A stretch of 40,050 nt of DNA from Escherichia phage vB_Eco_D226. This document shows positions 30,118-38,252 of this stretch, in pieces; positions within the stretch are counted from its first letter, which is position 1; each line of letters starts with the position of its first letter. The stretch lies in the sequence record MN080711.1. One strand, written 5' to 3'. The translations under genes were made by a program, and so were the position numbers. Under the pieces are notes generated by a model. It was not told the origin of the DNA and did not search any database. It saw nothing but the letters and a program-made list of their open reading frames with translations.

Positions 30118-30292
30118 TGTCCTCTCTCCTTCCAGTGATTATATAATTCAAGGTAGTCGGTGTTGCCTGTCTTTTCAAACATACGCTCACACCATTCGCT
30201 AGGCTTTTCCATATTCCACCTCTATAGCCCAAAACATGAGGAACAGGCAAGCACCCATTCCAACACAAATTAGCAGGAAATATAAGATGTCA

Positions 30293-30604
30293 TTAAGCAT
30301 AGCACTTACCTTTATGTTTCTCATACAGTTCACCATAGAACCCAGCTTTCGCCATGTCCTTCTCTAAGAATGCCAGTTCAGATTTCTTACCAGCACGTAG
30401 GCGATACTTAAGGATGTTCCCTAAGCAGTACCCCTTGAACTGTTCACGGGTCATCGACCGGGCAATCACTTCGATAGCCTCAATGTCGTCAAACAACATA
30501 TAGTGGCTCGGAGTCCGAACACCCTCTATATCTTGTGGTTTAGCTACAGGTTCACAGGTATGTGGGTAGCGGTCATCATTCTCTAAACATGCCATGCAGA
30601 CCAT
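30293..30604 (-). CDS. 1.7: gp1.7-like protein (nucleotide kinase homologue, shortened)
   Basis: 103 aa; N-terminus ACLENDDRYPHTC and C-terminus PSHYMLFDDIEAIEVIARSMT.EQFKGYC.GNILKYRLRAGKKSELA.LEKD.AKA.FY.EL.EKHK.KCYA match T7 gp1.7 (196 aa) with the central region absent. Confidence 0.85.
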   Translation of the reverse strand: MVCMACLENDDRYPHTCEPVAKPQDIEGVRTPSHYMLFDDIEAIEVIARSMTREQFKGYCLGNILKYRLRAGKKSELAFLEKDMAKAGFYGELYEKHKGKCYA

Positions 30605-30867
30605 TAGAACACCTCCTTGATACGCGCAATGACCAGACGGACTTTAGGGAAACGGGTGACGAGAACCGGAATGAAAGGCCGGGAGCCAGTGGTCGCTTCT
30701 TTGTATAAGCCAGTGGTGATTACAGCGTGAACACGAGGTGCTAACTCAATGGTCGAGCCAAGCACTTTAGGAATGACTGCATGTTTCTCGGAGGCCAGCA
30801 CCGTAGAACGGTCAGAGCCACGAGCCGAGAAGATACCGTTAGATTTGTTGAAGTGAAGTCGTAACAT
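30604..30867 (-). CDS. Hypothetical protein at the gene 1.6 position
   Basis: 87 aa from MLRLHFNKSNG; the transcript from the adjacent promoter begins GGAGGACACAACU-AUG, so the SD sits at the 5' end; the first Met of the ORF track lies inside the promoter and was rejected. Confidence 0.65.
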   Translation of the reverse strand: MLRLHFNKSNGIFSARGSDRSTVLASEKHAVIPKVLGSTIELAPRVHAVITTGLYKEATTGSRPFIPVLVTRFPKVRLVIARIKEVF

Positions 30868-30874
30868 AGTTGTG

Positions 30875-30897
30875 TCCTCCATAGGTGAGTCGTATTA
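30875..30897 (-). promoter_or_regulatory. Phage RNAP promoter (phi1.6 position)
   Basis: Reverse strand TAATACGACTCACCTATGGAGGA. Confidence 0.6.
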
Positions 30898-30982
30898 GCA
30901 ATCAGGCCAGCAGTTGTCGTCAATGATAACGAAGGCAAACGTGGCAAAGATAGCAGCAGCAATTAGAAATAGCATGAGGTTG

Positions 30983-31005
30983 TTCCTCCATAGTGAGTCT
31001 AATAG
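30983..31005 (-). promoter_or_regulatory. Phage promoter-like element (phi1.5 position), divergent
   Basis: Reverse strand CTATTAGACTCACTATGGAGGAA; mismatches at -17, -16, -13, -12. Confidence 0.4.
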
Positions 31006-31466
31006 ATGTGATTTCGAACATCCACTGCTTCCTCAAGTGTCCCGTATGTTCCATGAGACTTACCATTGATTCTCACAATAAAGTGTCCAGTTCTTTTGCA
31101 GGTGTGGATGTGGCGCGTTCCAGATTTGGACTGCTTTGGTACATTTCTGTTATACCCATTCTGGCTACGAGTTACCAACCGAAGATTCTCTATCCTATTA
31201 TTGGAAGGGTTTCTATCTATATGGTCTATCTCAAGCCCATCAGGTATTGCTCCAAAGTTTAGAATCCACACCAGCCTGTGTACCTGTATGTTCTTCTTCT
31301 CATGTTGCGTAGACCAGTACCCATCTTTTCTTAGAGTACCGCAGGGCTTTCCAGAACGCGAAAAGACCAACCCCGAAGGGCTGGCCTGATTGTATTTATA
31401 TTTTCTCGCATGGATTGCTTTCTGTTCCACGGAACATTTCGAAGGAAGGGTGACGCAACGAGCCAT
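30999..31466 (-). CDS. HNH homing endonuclease (HNH_3-type with C-terminal AP2-like DNA-binding region), 155 aa
   Basis: Motif EIDHIDRNPSNNRIENLRLVTRSQN; GGAGG 6 nt upstream of ATG; the 5' end overlaps the last ~70 nt of the ligase gene. Confidence 0.85.
   Translation of the reverse strand: MARCVTLPSKCSVEQKAIHARKYKYNQASPSGLVFSRSGKPCGTLRKDGYWSTQHEKKNIQVHRLVWILNFGAIPDGLEIDHIDRNPSNNRIENLRLVTRSQNGYNRNVPKQSKSGTRHIHTCKRTGHFIVRINGKSHGTYGTLEEAVDVRNHIY
31357..31384 (-). terminator. Intrinsic terminator-like hairpin just after the ligase stop (TE position), inside the HNH coding sequence
   Basis: Transcript CCAGCCC-UUCG-GGGUUGG followed by UCUUUUCG; T7 carries the early host-RNAP terminator TE immediately after gene 1.3. 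Confidence 0.45.
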
Positions 31467-32421
31467 CTTTTGTTTCCTCCATGTAGTTTACTTGGCACTG
31501 CCAGCCTGTGTAGAAGTCATCACCATGTTCTTTAACATTGGCAGTGAACTCATCCATCAACGCTTGGCTGATATTGTTAGCGGAGACTACGCGACCGGAC
31601 TCAAGGAGAACCTCAAAGCCAATCACTTTACCTTCGTTAGCCAGACCCGGAGTACCCCAATTGACAGACTGAATCACGCCGTCAGCTTCACACTCAGGTT
31701 TGAGTTTCCACCAGCCAGACTTCTTCCCACGCTTGTAGACTTCCAGCGGGTCTTTGACGACCAGACCTTCATGACCATCGGCACGGGCTTTCTCGTAGAG
31801 TTCCTGAAGTTCTACCATGTCGTAGACTTCCTTGGCTTCAGAGAGTTCCCAAGTGATTTCCGGGAAGTGTTCACTAAGAACCGGAATGAGGGAACGCACA
31901 TGCTCTTGCATCAGGAGGGACATAACGCCGTACTCTTTGCCTTCTACCATATCGTGATACGGCATAGCGGCATACAGGACAACCTTGAGTCGTTGAGGGT
32001 CTAACTCAAACGGCTGTTTGTTCTTCTTCCATTCATCATGCCAATACTCACTGGTAGAGTGCACGAAGTTTGTAGCCTTGAGCCACTTGGTTCTCAGTAG
32101 GCCAGACCCTGTGTTGAAGTCTACGCCTTTTACCATCAGTTCACCATCCAGCATGAAGCCATCAGGGAAAATCCAGCGGTCATCTTTGAGAACATTAGCC
32201 CAGCGTTGGTCGAACCCATTAAGGTGCTCAAGCGCGGGGATGGTCTTGGAGACACGGGATAGCCACAGGCAGTCAGCCGTATTGTCAACCACGATGTTAC
32301 CACGTACACCATCATGCTTAGTGTCAGCAATCAGGTAGCCAGCTTTGTCGAGTGCTTTCTTAATGGCAGACTCAACGTAGGATACTGCTTTGAACGGCGA
32401 AGTCTTAAATGTGATTTCCAT
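31396..32421 (-). CDS. 1.3: ATP-dependent DNA ligase (gp1.3)
   Basis: 341 aa; KTSPFKAVS.VESAIKKALD.AGYLIA..K.DGVRGNI and GHEGLVVKDP...YKRGKKSGWWK.KPE.EADG match T7 ligase, including the adenylation Lys in K.DGVRG. Confidence 0.97.
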   Translation of the reverse strand: MEITFKTSPFKAVSYVESAIKKALDKAGYLIADTKHDGVRGNIVVDNTADCLWLSRVSKTIPALEHLNGFDQRWANVLKDDRWIFPDGFMLDGELMVKGVDFNTGSGLLRTKWLKATNFVHSTSEYWHDEWKKNKQPFELDPQRLKVVLYAAMPYHDMVEGKEYGVMSLLMQEHVRSLIPVLSEHFPEITWELSEAKEVYDMVELQELYEKARADGHEGLVVKDPLEVYKRGKKSGWWKLKPECEADGVIQSVNWGTPGLANEGKVIGFEVLLESGRVVSANNISQALMDEFTANVKEHGDDFYTGWQCQVNYMEETKDGSLRHPSFEMFRGTESNPCEKI

Positions 32422-32460
32422 GATGGAACTCCTTTAGTGTGTCGGTTAATAAGTAATCAA

Positions 32461-32506
32461 AAGTTAATCACAAAGGCCATCATTAAGATGACCTTTAGTT
32501 TAACTC
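32461..32506 (-). promoter_or_regulatory. RNase III-like processing hairpin (R1.3 position)
   Basis: 47-bp element nearly identical (1 mismatch) to the hairpin at 25495-25545. Confidence 0.45.
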
Positions 32507-32529
32507 TTTCGCAATAGTGAGTCGTATTA
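32507..32529 (-). promoter_or_regulatory. Phage RNAP promoter phi1.3
   Basis: Reverse strand TAATACGACTCACTATTGCGAAA. Confidence 0.75.
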
Positions 32530-32799
32530 CTTCCAGTGCTTCAGGTCACTGTGTACCTTACGAAGCCATTCAGTCTGTGCATTGCAGCGAACGTCTTCAT
32601 CGTCCTGTTCGAAACACTTGGAGGTTAACACTAATCCATTCCGCAAGACCACTCGAAGAGTCTCACCGGATACCCAGCGCATCCTCGCATAGTTCTCATA
32701 GCGGAAAGTCTCAACGACCACACTCACATCGTGGTCTTCTTTGAGTCGTTCGATAGCGTCTTTGTATGCTATTAAGTTACCACTGTATAAGCGACCCAT
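32527..32799 (-). CDS. 1.2: gp1.2 (host dGTPase inhibitor homologue)
   Basis: 90 aa; MGRLYSGNL.A.K.A and DEDV..N..T.WL.......LK.WK match T7 gp1.2. Confidence 0.9.
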   Translation of the reverse strand: MGRLYSGNLIAYKDAIERLKEDHDVSVVVETFRYENYARMRWVSGETLRVVLRNGLVLTSKCFEQDDEDVRCNAQTEWLRKVHSDLKHWK

Positions 32800-32948
32800 T
32801 AGAGTGCCTCCTTCCAGTTGCGTTTCTCAGAGTTGCCACGCTGTGTCTTGTGACGTTTCTTCATGCGGTCTTTACGTTCCTGCCATTCAGCACCATGTTC
32901 ATTGATGATGTTGTTGCGCTTAGTGGTTGGTTCAAAGTTGGTACGCAT
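32799..32948 (-). CDS. 1.1: gp1.1-like small basic protein (49 aa)
   Basis: Manual translation MRTNFEPTTKRNNIINEHGAEWQERKDRMKKRHKTQRGNSEKRNWKEAL; stop overlaps the gene 1.2 start (TAATG); not in the ORF track (<60 aa). Confidence 0.7.
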   Translation of the reverse strand: MRTNFEPTTKRNNIINEHGAEWQERKDRMKKRHKTQRGNSEKRNWKEAL

Positions 32949-32984
32949 AGTGTTGTTTCCTTCTGTGTATGTATAGTTTGTTGA

Positions 32985-33032
32985 CAGTTAATCATGAAGG
33001 CCATCAGAAGTGATGACCTTGAGTTTAACTTT
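32985..33032 (-). promoter_or_regulatory. RNase III-like processing hairpin (R1.1 position)
   Basis: Same flank-stem-flank architecture (gttaatcatgaaggccatc...gatgaccttgagtttaac) as the other family members. Confidence 0.45.
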
Positions 33033-33037
33033 CAGTG

Positions 33038-33060
33038 TTTCCCATTAGTGAGTCGTATTG
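33038..33060 (-). promoter_or_regulatory. Phage RNAP promoter phi1.1B
   Basis: Reverse strand CAATACGACTCACTAATGGGAAA. Confidence 0.75.
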
Positions 33061-33602
33061 TCTGCAACCTTACGTGCAATCTCAATGCGACCCGCTACGT
33101 CTTTCTTATAATAGGTGAACTCTTTGCGCTCACCGTCAGTGCACGTCTGTGTCAGCAGATAGCGGTCGTCTTGTTCCACCCAATGTAGGCAAGTGACTTG
33201 CTTACCACATGAGCCAAGACCCAGCTTGAACTCAGTGCGCTTCCATCCAGCATCCGGGATGTGAGCAGTAAACTTGATAGACGTGATGTCACTGTGAGTG
33301 TACTCACGGATGGTACTCTTTGCCTCTTTAAGTTCCTTGCGGTACTCCACTGCCTCAGCGCGTAGACGCTCAATGAGTTCTCGTTGGTTCGACATGTCAT
33401 ATTGTTGCTCGAACTCTAAGGTACGGATTCGACCAGCTAGTTCCTGCTTCTCTCGCCACCCATCTTCAAGTCTCTCTTTGAGTGCATGAGAGTTCTTCTC
33501 TTCTTTGATTAGCTTAGTGAGAAATACCTTTGAACGATTATAATATGTTGCTGCAAGAATGGTTGATACGAGAGCGCCTACTGAAGTGATTAAAGTAAAC
33601 AT
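33045..33602 (-). CDS. Hypothetical membrane-anchored coiled-coil protein (185 aa), no T7 counterpart
   Basis: N-terminal hydrophobic segment MFTLITSVGALVSTILAATYY, then a ~70-aa charged heptad-like region, then a C-terminal domain with three Cys; AAGAGGAAACA RBS 7 nt upstream; sits between phi1.1A and phi1.1B where T7 has only non-coding origin sequence. Confidence 0.8.
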   Translation of the reverse strand: MFTLITSVGALVSTILAATYYNRSKVFLTKLIKEEKNSHALKERLEDGWREKQELAGRIRTLEFEQQYDMSNQRELIERLRAEAVEYRKELKEAKSTIREYTHSDITSIKFTAHIPDAGWKRTEFKLGLGSCGKQVTCLHWVEQDDRYLLTQTCTDGERKEFTYYKKDVAGRIEIARKVADNTTH

Positions 33603-33661
33603 GATTGTGTTTCCTCTTAAAGTTAGAACTTAAAGTATCTTAAAGTTTAGGAAGCCCGAAG

Positions 33662-33684
33662 GCTCCCAATAGTGAGTCGTATTA
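33662..33684 (-). promoter_or_regulatory. Phage RNAP promoter phi1.1A
   Basis: Reverse strand TAATACGACTCACTATTGGGAGC; transcript starts with a GGGAGCC-UUCG-GGCUUCC hairpin. Confidence 0.8.
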
Positions 33685-33691
33685 GATTCCG

Positions 33692-36343
33692 TTAGGCAAA
33701 CGCAAAGTCTGACTTAAGGATTTCTTGCAGGTCCAGAGAACCTTTAGCTGGCATCTCAGGCATCTGGTCAAGCTGCGATTCGTGTAACTGGTCAGCAAAT
33801 TGCTCATAGAAGTCTGCGAGTACATCGTTTTCTTCATAGGTGTTCACCATCGTTTCACGCACTGCTTTAAACAGGTTGCCAGCATCAGCAGGGATAGTAC
33901 CAAAGGAGTCGTGAATCAGTGCGAACGATTCCACACCGTAGACCTCATTGGAGCGGACCACAGTCATGCGCAGGTGGCTTCCATCCATTGAGTGAACAAA
34001 GTTAGGTGCGATACCTGACTCCTGCTTACGTGCATCAATGCCGCTATCCTTGTTGGTGTTCACGGTAGGCTGTAGACGAATCTGGCCTAAGAACATCAGG
34101 TTCAAGCGGGTCTGTACTGGCTTCTTGTATTCCTGCCAGACCGGGAAGCCATCAGGAGTAACCCAATGTACCGCACAGCGCTTACGGAGAACCTCTTTGG
34201 TCTTCTTGTCCTTGACTTCAGCAGCCAGAAGTTTAGCGGCAGACTTCAACCAGTTCATCGCTTCAACCGCTGCGACAACTGTGACCGTTACAGCGTTCCA
34301 AATCAGTTTAGCCATGTAGCCAGCCGCTTGGTTCGGTTGAGTGAACATCAAGCCCTTGCCATCGTCGATAGCTGGCTGAATGATGTCCTCAAGAACTTGG
34401 TCGCGGAAGCCATACTCTTTGGAGCCGTAAGCCAACGTCATGACCGAACGCTTAGTGACCTTGCGAGTCACACCGTAGGCCAGCCACTGACCAGCTAACT
34501 CTTTCGTTCCCAGCTTGAGCTTCTCAGTGATTTCACCAGTGTCCTTGTTTGTCACGGTTTCCACTTCGTTATCAGTGCCATTGATTACCGCTTCGCGGAG
34601 CATCTCGTTCACACGTTCGGCAACGATGCGATAGATGTCTTGTACTTCCTTGCTTGGCAGCAGGTTAACCGCACGCCCACCGACTTCATCGCGGAGCATT
34701 GCAGAGAAGTGCTGAATACCAGAGCAAGAGCCATCGAACGCCAGCGGCAGAGAGCAGTTGTAGTGCATACCGTGGTGTTGCACACCTGCATACTCAAAGC
34801 AGAATGCTAGGAAGCAGAACGGAGAATCTTGTTCAGCCCACCAAGTGTTAGCAATCGGGTCAGCAGCAACGCTCATGATGTTCTCGTGGTTGTCATCAAT
34901 GAACTTGATGCGTTCTGCAAAGTCCACCTTGTCCACGCCAGCAGTGTTAGCACCGTGAATCTTCAGCCAGTAGTACCCATCGACACCAATCGGTTTACCC
35001 TTAGCCAAGGTCAGCAGCCCTTTGGTCATGTCGTTGCCTTGCGGGTTAAACATTGGGACTGCATACACACGACCGCGCCAGTCCATGTTCATTGGGAACC
35101 AGATAGCTTTGAACTGTGCGAACTTATTGGCCTGACCTAACATGAACTCCATGCTCATGCGGCGTGACACTCGTGCCTTCTCTTTGCGATAGATTGCGGA
35201 GGCCGCTTTCTTCCACGCTTTCAGAGCCGCTTCGTTCGTGTCGATGTCTTCAGGTTTGACCGGGAGTTCCCCACGTTCGAGAGCAGGTACATCGTCAACC
35301 GGGCAATGCTTCCAGTTCACAATCTCGTTGACCACTGCCAGAACCTTCTTGTTAATCTTCCAAGGTGTATTCTGTGCTATGTTCACCGCCTTGTAAACTT
35401 CAGGCATGTGCACGTCGTTGTAACGCTCTAATCCCTTCTTGCTACCAGTGCGAACCAGAGAGAGAGGCTTGCGTCCAGCAGCCCAATAGCCACCACCTAC
35501 CGGAGAAGTCCAAGGCTTCGGAGGGACTACACAAGGTTGGTACATCGGAGCGATTGCAGCCAGTGCACCAGCACGTTTAGACAGCAGGTCTACATATTGT
35601 TCTGTTAACTGGATGTACTCACCATCCTTCTCAACGTTACCAGCAAACGGTCGGTGTAACTCAACGAGACCAGTAGACCCGATGAGCAGTTCCAACATGC
35701 GCACACCAACGTGAATTGATTCTTCAGGTGTCCATGTAGTCCACTTGGTTTGCAGTTGACCAGCGTCTAACATCTTGCCTTCTACAGCTTGCATGAATGC
35801 TTTCTTGTAGACGATACCAACGCGCTTGTTCAGTGCCTCCTGTACGTGGTTCTTAAAGTGCTTCGCTTCTTCGTCACGGATGCGACCAAAACGCAATTCA
35901 TCCTCAATACTGCGACCAATCTTAGTGGCGACCGATTGCAGGTTGGTGAACTCTTCTTTCGTCAAGCAAGCGAGTGTGACCTTCAGTGTGATGAAAGCAG
36001 CCGCTTCAGGTGCAACCTTCTGTACCAGATTGTAGGCTACTGGACGCTTGCCACGCTTCGCTTCCACCTCGGTGAACCAAGCGTTCCACGCCTCGATAAA
36101 CTTCGGTGCGAGAGATGACAGGAGCGGTTTAGCCACTGCGTTATCACCGAACTCACCCGCTTTGATTTGACGTTCCATTGCCTTAAGAAAACGCTTCTCA
36201 CCCTCAGTGTGCGCTTCGTGCTCAAGCTGTAACTGCGTAGCTGCAAGCTGTGCACCGTAATGGTCAGCCAGAATGTTGTATGGCATGATTGCGTTAGCGA
36301 TGTCAGAGAAGTCGTTCTTTGGTGCGTTGATTACGTTAGTCAT
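33692..36343 (-). CDS. 1: DNA-directed RNA polymerase, single-subunit (gene 1)
   Basis: 883 aa, same length as T7 RNAP; catalytic and finger motifs conserved (NMDWRGRVYAV, FCFLAFCFEY, PLAFDGSCSGIQHFSAML, RSVTKRSVMTLAYGS, FALIHDSFGT); specificity loop QPTVNTNKDSGIDARKQ keeps the T7-type Asn. Confidence 0.98.
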   Translation of the reverse strand: MTNVINAPKNDFSDIANAIMPYNILADHYGAQLAATQLQLEHEAHTEGEKRFLKAMERQIKAGEFGDNAVAKPLLSSLAPKFIEAWNAWFTEVEAKRGKRPVAYNLVQKVAPEAAAFITLKVTLACLTKEEFTNLQSVATKIGRSIEDELRFGRIRDEEAKHFKNHVQEALNKRVGIVYKKAFMQAVEGKMLDAGQLQTKWTTWTPEESIHVGVRMLELLIGSTGLVELHRPFAGNVEKDGEYIQLTEQYVDLLSKRAGALAAIAPMYQPCVVPPKPWTSPVGGGYWAAGRKPLSLVRTGSKKGLERYNDVHMPEVYKAVNIAQNTPWKINKKVLAVVNEIVNWKHCPVDDVPALERGELPVKPEDIDTNEAALKAWKKAASAIYRKEKARVSRRMSMEFMLGQANKFAQFKAIWFPMNMDWRGRVYAVPMFNPQGNDMTKGLLTLAKGKPIGVDGYYWLKIHGANTAGVDKVDFAERIKFIDDNHENIMSVAADPIANTWWAEQDSPFCFLAFCFEYAGVQHHGMHYNCSLPLAFDGSCSGIQHFSAMLRDEVGGRAVNLLPSKEVQDIYRIVAERVNEMLREAVINGTDNEVETVTNKDTGEITEKLKLGTKELAGQWLAYGVTRKVTKRSVMTLAYGSKEYGFRDQVLEDIIQPAIDDGKGLMFTQPNQAAGYMAKLIWNAVTVTVVAAVEAMNWLKSAAKLLAAEVKDKKTKEVLRKRCAVHWVTPDGFPVWQEYKKPVQTRLNLMFLGQIRLQPTVNTNKDSGIDARKQESGIAPNFVHSMDGSHLRMTVVRSNEVYGVESFALIHDSFGTIPADAGNLFKAVRETMVNTYEENDVLADFYEQFADQLHESQLDQMPEMPAKGSLDLQEILKSDFAFA

Positions 36344-36364
36344 TGTTGCCTCACGTTGTTAAGA

Positions 36365-36405
36365 AAGTTTATCTATGAAGGCCAGCAGTCAGTGCCGACC
36401 TTGAA
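36365..36405 (-). promoter_or_regulatory. RNase III-like processing hairpin (R1 position)
   Basis: Inverted repeat gaaggccagcag...gccgaccttg between 0.7 and gene 1. Confidence 0.4.
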
Positions 36406-36416
36406 GATACACCTTA

Positions 36417-37523
36417 TCAGCCTTGCAGTTGTGCGTCAAGTAACTTGTCGATTGGAAGTGAGCGGCATTGCATAAGAGCCATGCGTTCTGCCTGTTTCCA
36501 CTCAAATGCTTTCACCTTGTCAATCATGATTACGTCTGCATTGTTGTTGTGTAACCACATGTTGTGCCAGTTGTGCGCACCCATCCAATCTTGCGCCCTC
36601 ATAGCGTCCCTTAGTTCCTGCTTTTGTTCACGTCTACGCTGTACAAAGTGCTGTGCAACCTCGGCACCACGTTTGGCACGCAGCTTACGATTGCGCTTGC
36701 GGCGTTTCATTGCGGCCTTGCGGTTAACCTGAAAGGTTCCGTTATGGTCACGCTTGGCCTTGCGGTTGCGACAACGTTCAATGATGCGCTCGTTAGCTAT
36801 CGCCTCGACCTCGGCAATCAGTGCTTCAGGGTCCAGAGGGAAACCATCCTCACGTTCACGGTCATGTGAGAAACTAACCGGGTCAGTGATGTACGGAACA
36901 TTGTTATCGTCGAACATAATGTTCCCGCTGTGCATGTCGAAAGATGCAATGCCTTGGAAGAACTCGCGAATCATCTTGCAAGTCTCGATGAACTCCATGC
37001 TAACATGTTGTGCATACCAATCGGCATCACCTCCAGTGCACTCAATGAACTCCTGCGCAGCACTTGCATATTTTGCATGAGTGCCGTTAGCGTATCGGTC
37101 GCAACTGTTCAAATGGTCCAATACAACCGTGTAGCAACCTGCGTGACGTGCTACGTGATAGACGTTAGGGATACCCGCTCGGCCTTGGTGCATCCTACAG
37201 AACGCAGTGTACGCAGCGCCTGAATCCTCTTTCTTAAAGCCAACCTTGATGACTCGACCCGGTAACATTTCGTGCGAGTAGGCCGCGCTGAAGTGACCAT
37301 TACCCAACATGCGGAATCCTGCATCAAGCATGAGGCCTCGCAAGGTGTGCCACCAGTCCTGATATTCAAGACCCTGTGAGCCGTCTGTGTCGTTACCATC
37401 ACATGTTTCACCGTTCACGATGTCAGCAGCTAGTTCGACCAAAAGAGGCTGGCGCTTGTCCAGTTCGCTAATCGGGAGAGACTTGATGATTGCCAGACGT
37501 GCCTGAATGTCGGTGTAGTTCAT
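36417..37523 (-). CDS. 0.7: Ser/Thr protein kinase and host shut-off protein (gp0.7)
   Basis: 368 aa; GFKMLGNGHFSAAYSH, RVIKVGFKKEDSGAAYTAFCRM, GIPNVY, GIASFDMHSGNIMF...VPYITDPVSFS match T7 gp0.7. Confidence 0.95.
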   Translation of the reverse strand: MNYTDIQARLAIIKSLPISELDKRQPLLVELAADIVNGETCDGNDTDGSQGLEYQDWWHTLRGLMLDAGFRMLGNGHFSAAYSHEMLPGRVIKVGFKKEDSGAAYTAFCRMHQGRAGIPNVYHVARHAGCYTVVLDHLNSCDRYANGTHAKYASAAQEFIECTGGDADWYAQHVSMEFIETCKMIREFFQGIASFDMHSGNIMFDDNNVPYITDPVSFSHDREREDGFPLDPEALIAEVEAIANERIIERCRNRKAKRDHNGTFQVNRKAAMKRRKRNRKLRAKRGAEVAQHFVQRRREQKQELRDAMRAQDWMGAHNWHNMWLHNNNADVIMIDKVKAFEWKQAERMALMQCRSLPIDKLLDAQLQG

Positions 37524-37544
37524 TAGATTGTGTCCTGTTTAAGT

Positions 37545-37763
37545 TTAAGAAAGAGCGTTCAATGTATTGGTTAATGCTTGTTCGAGTGCTGCGAGCTTCT
37601 GTGCTTTGACCTTGGCCTTTCGTCTATGCCATGCAGCCCGCTCCTGTTCCTTGCGTCGTTCGAGGTTGTTCTCGCGCCAAGTTCTCACTATGCGCCTATT
37701 TGCAGCATGAAGCGTGCCATTCTGCATATAACCTTTCTTCAGGTCATCAGTGCGTTGCAACAT
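37545..37763 (-). CDS. Small basic hypothetical early protein (72 aa)
   Basis: Arg/Lys-rich ORF (..RRIVRTWRENNLERRKEQERAAWHRRKAKVKAQK..) between the small membrane ORF and gene 0.7; corresponds to the T7 0.4-0.6 region. Confidence 0.5.
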   Translation of the reverse strand: MLQRTDDLKKGYMQNGTLHAANRRIVRTWRENNLERRKEQERAAWHRRKAKVKAQKLAALEQALTNTLNALS

Positions 37764-37944
37764 AGAAGATTCCTACCTTGTTCGCCTTAAAGCGCCCGTT
37801 ACGTTCACGTACAGTAAACCGTGGTATGAAGCCATACTTCAGGTGCGAGAAGTTAGCTTTGTGTACCTTCAGACCCTTTGTGAAGTCCTTCAGGAAGTAC
37901 AGCGCGATTAGAGTGTAAACGAGTGAGACAAATACATATAACAT
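37747..37944 (-). CDS. Small membrane protein (65 aa), early region
   Basis: N-terminal hydrophobic helix MLYVFVSLVYTLIALYFL; GAGGT 8 nt upstream of ATG. Confidence 0.5.
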   Translation of the reverse strand: MLYVFVSLVYTLIALYFLKDFTKGLKVHKANFSHLKYGFIPRFTVRERNGRFKANKVGIFYVATH

Positions 37945-37977
37945 GTGGTGTTACCTCATAGAGTGCAAATCGCGCCA

Positions 37978-38178
37978 TCAGTCATTCCAGCCTGCACATG
38001 TTGCTTGGTGTATCACGCAGGCTTGGTATTCTTCCTGCGCCAAAACCTCGTTCACCCAATGCGTGACTTGTTTACCGTATCGTACAACGTAGGTTCTTCC
38101 CATTGCCCCGTGATCATACTCTCGCAGTGTTACAGTGCATTGACCTTTGATTTTAGATGTTGCCAGAAGTTTACTCAT
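37978..38178 (-). CDS. Small hypothetical early protein (66 aa)
   Basis: Start MSKLLATSKIKGQ with AGGA upstream; first ORF after the SAM lyase gene. Confidence 0.5.
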   Translation of the reverse strand: MSKLLATSKIKGQCTVTLREYDHGAMGRTYVVRYGKQVTHWVNEVLAQEEYQACVIHQATCAGWND

Positions 38179-38204
38179 GGTGTTAGTCCTATTGCATGTT
38201 AAAG

Positions 38205-38250
38205 TGATAATCATGAAAGGCCACTCATATTGAGCGACCTTGAGTTTATC
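38205..38250 (-). promoter_or_regulatory. RNase III-like processing hairpin (R0.5 position)
   Basis: Transcript aaggucgcuca/ugaguggccuu, an 11-bp stem with G.U pairs; conserved flanks gtgataatcat...ccttgagtttatcac. Confidence 0.45.
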
Positions 38251-38252
38251 AC

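Noticed and set aside
30223-30300. 25-aa hydrophobic peptide ORF at the gene 1.8 position
   Set aside because: Weak RBS and very short; cannot distinguish from chance.
31390-32004. 204-aa plus-strand ORF
   Set aside because: Antisense to the DNA ligase gene; shadow ORF.
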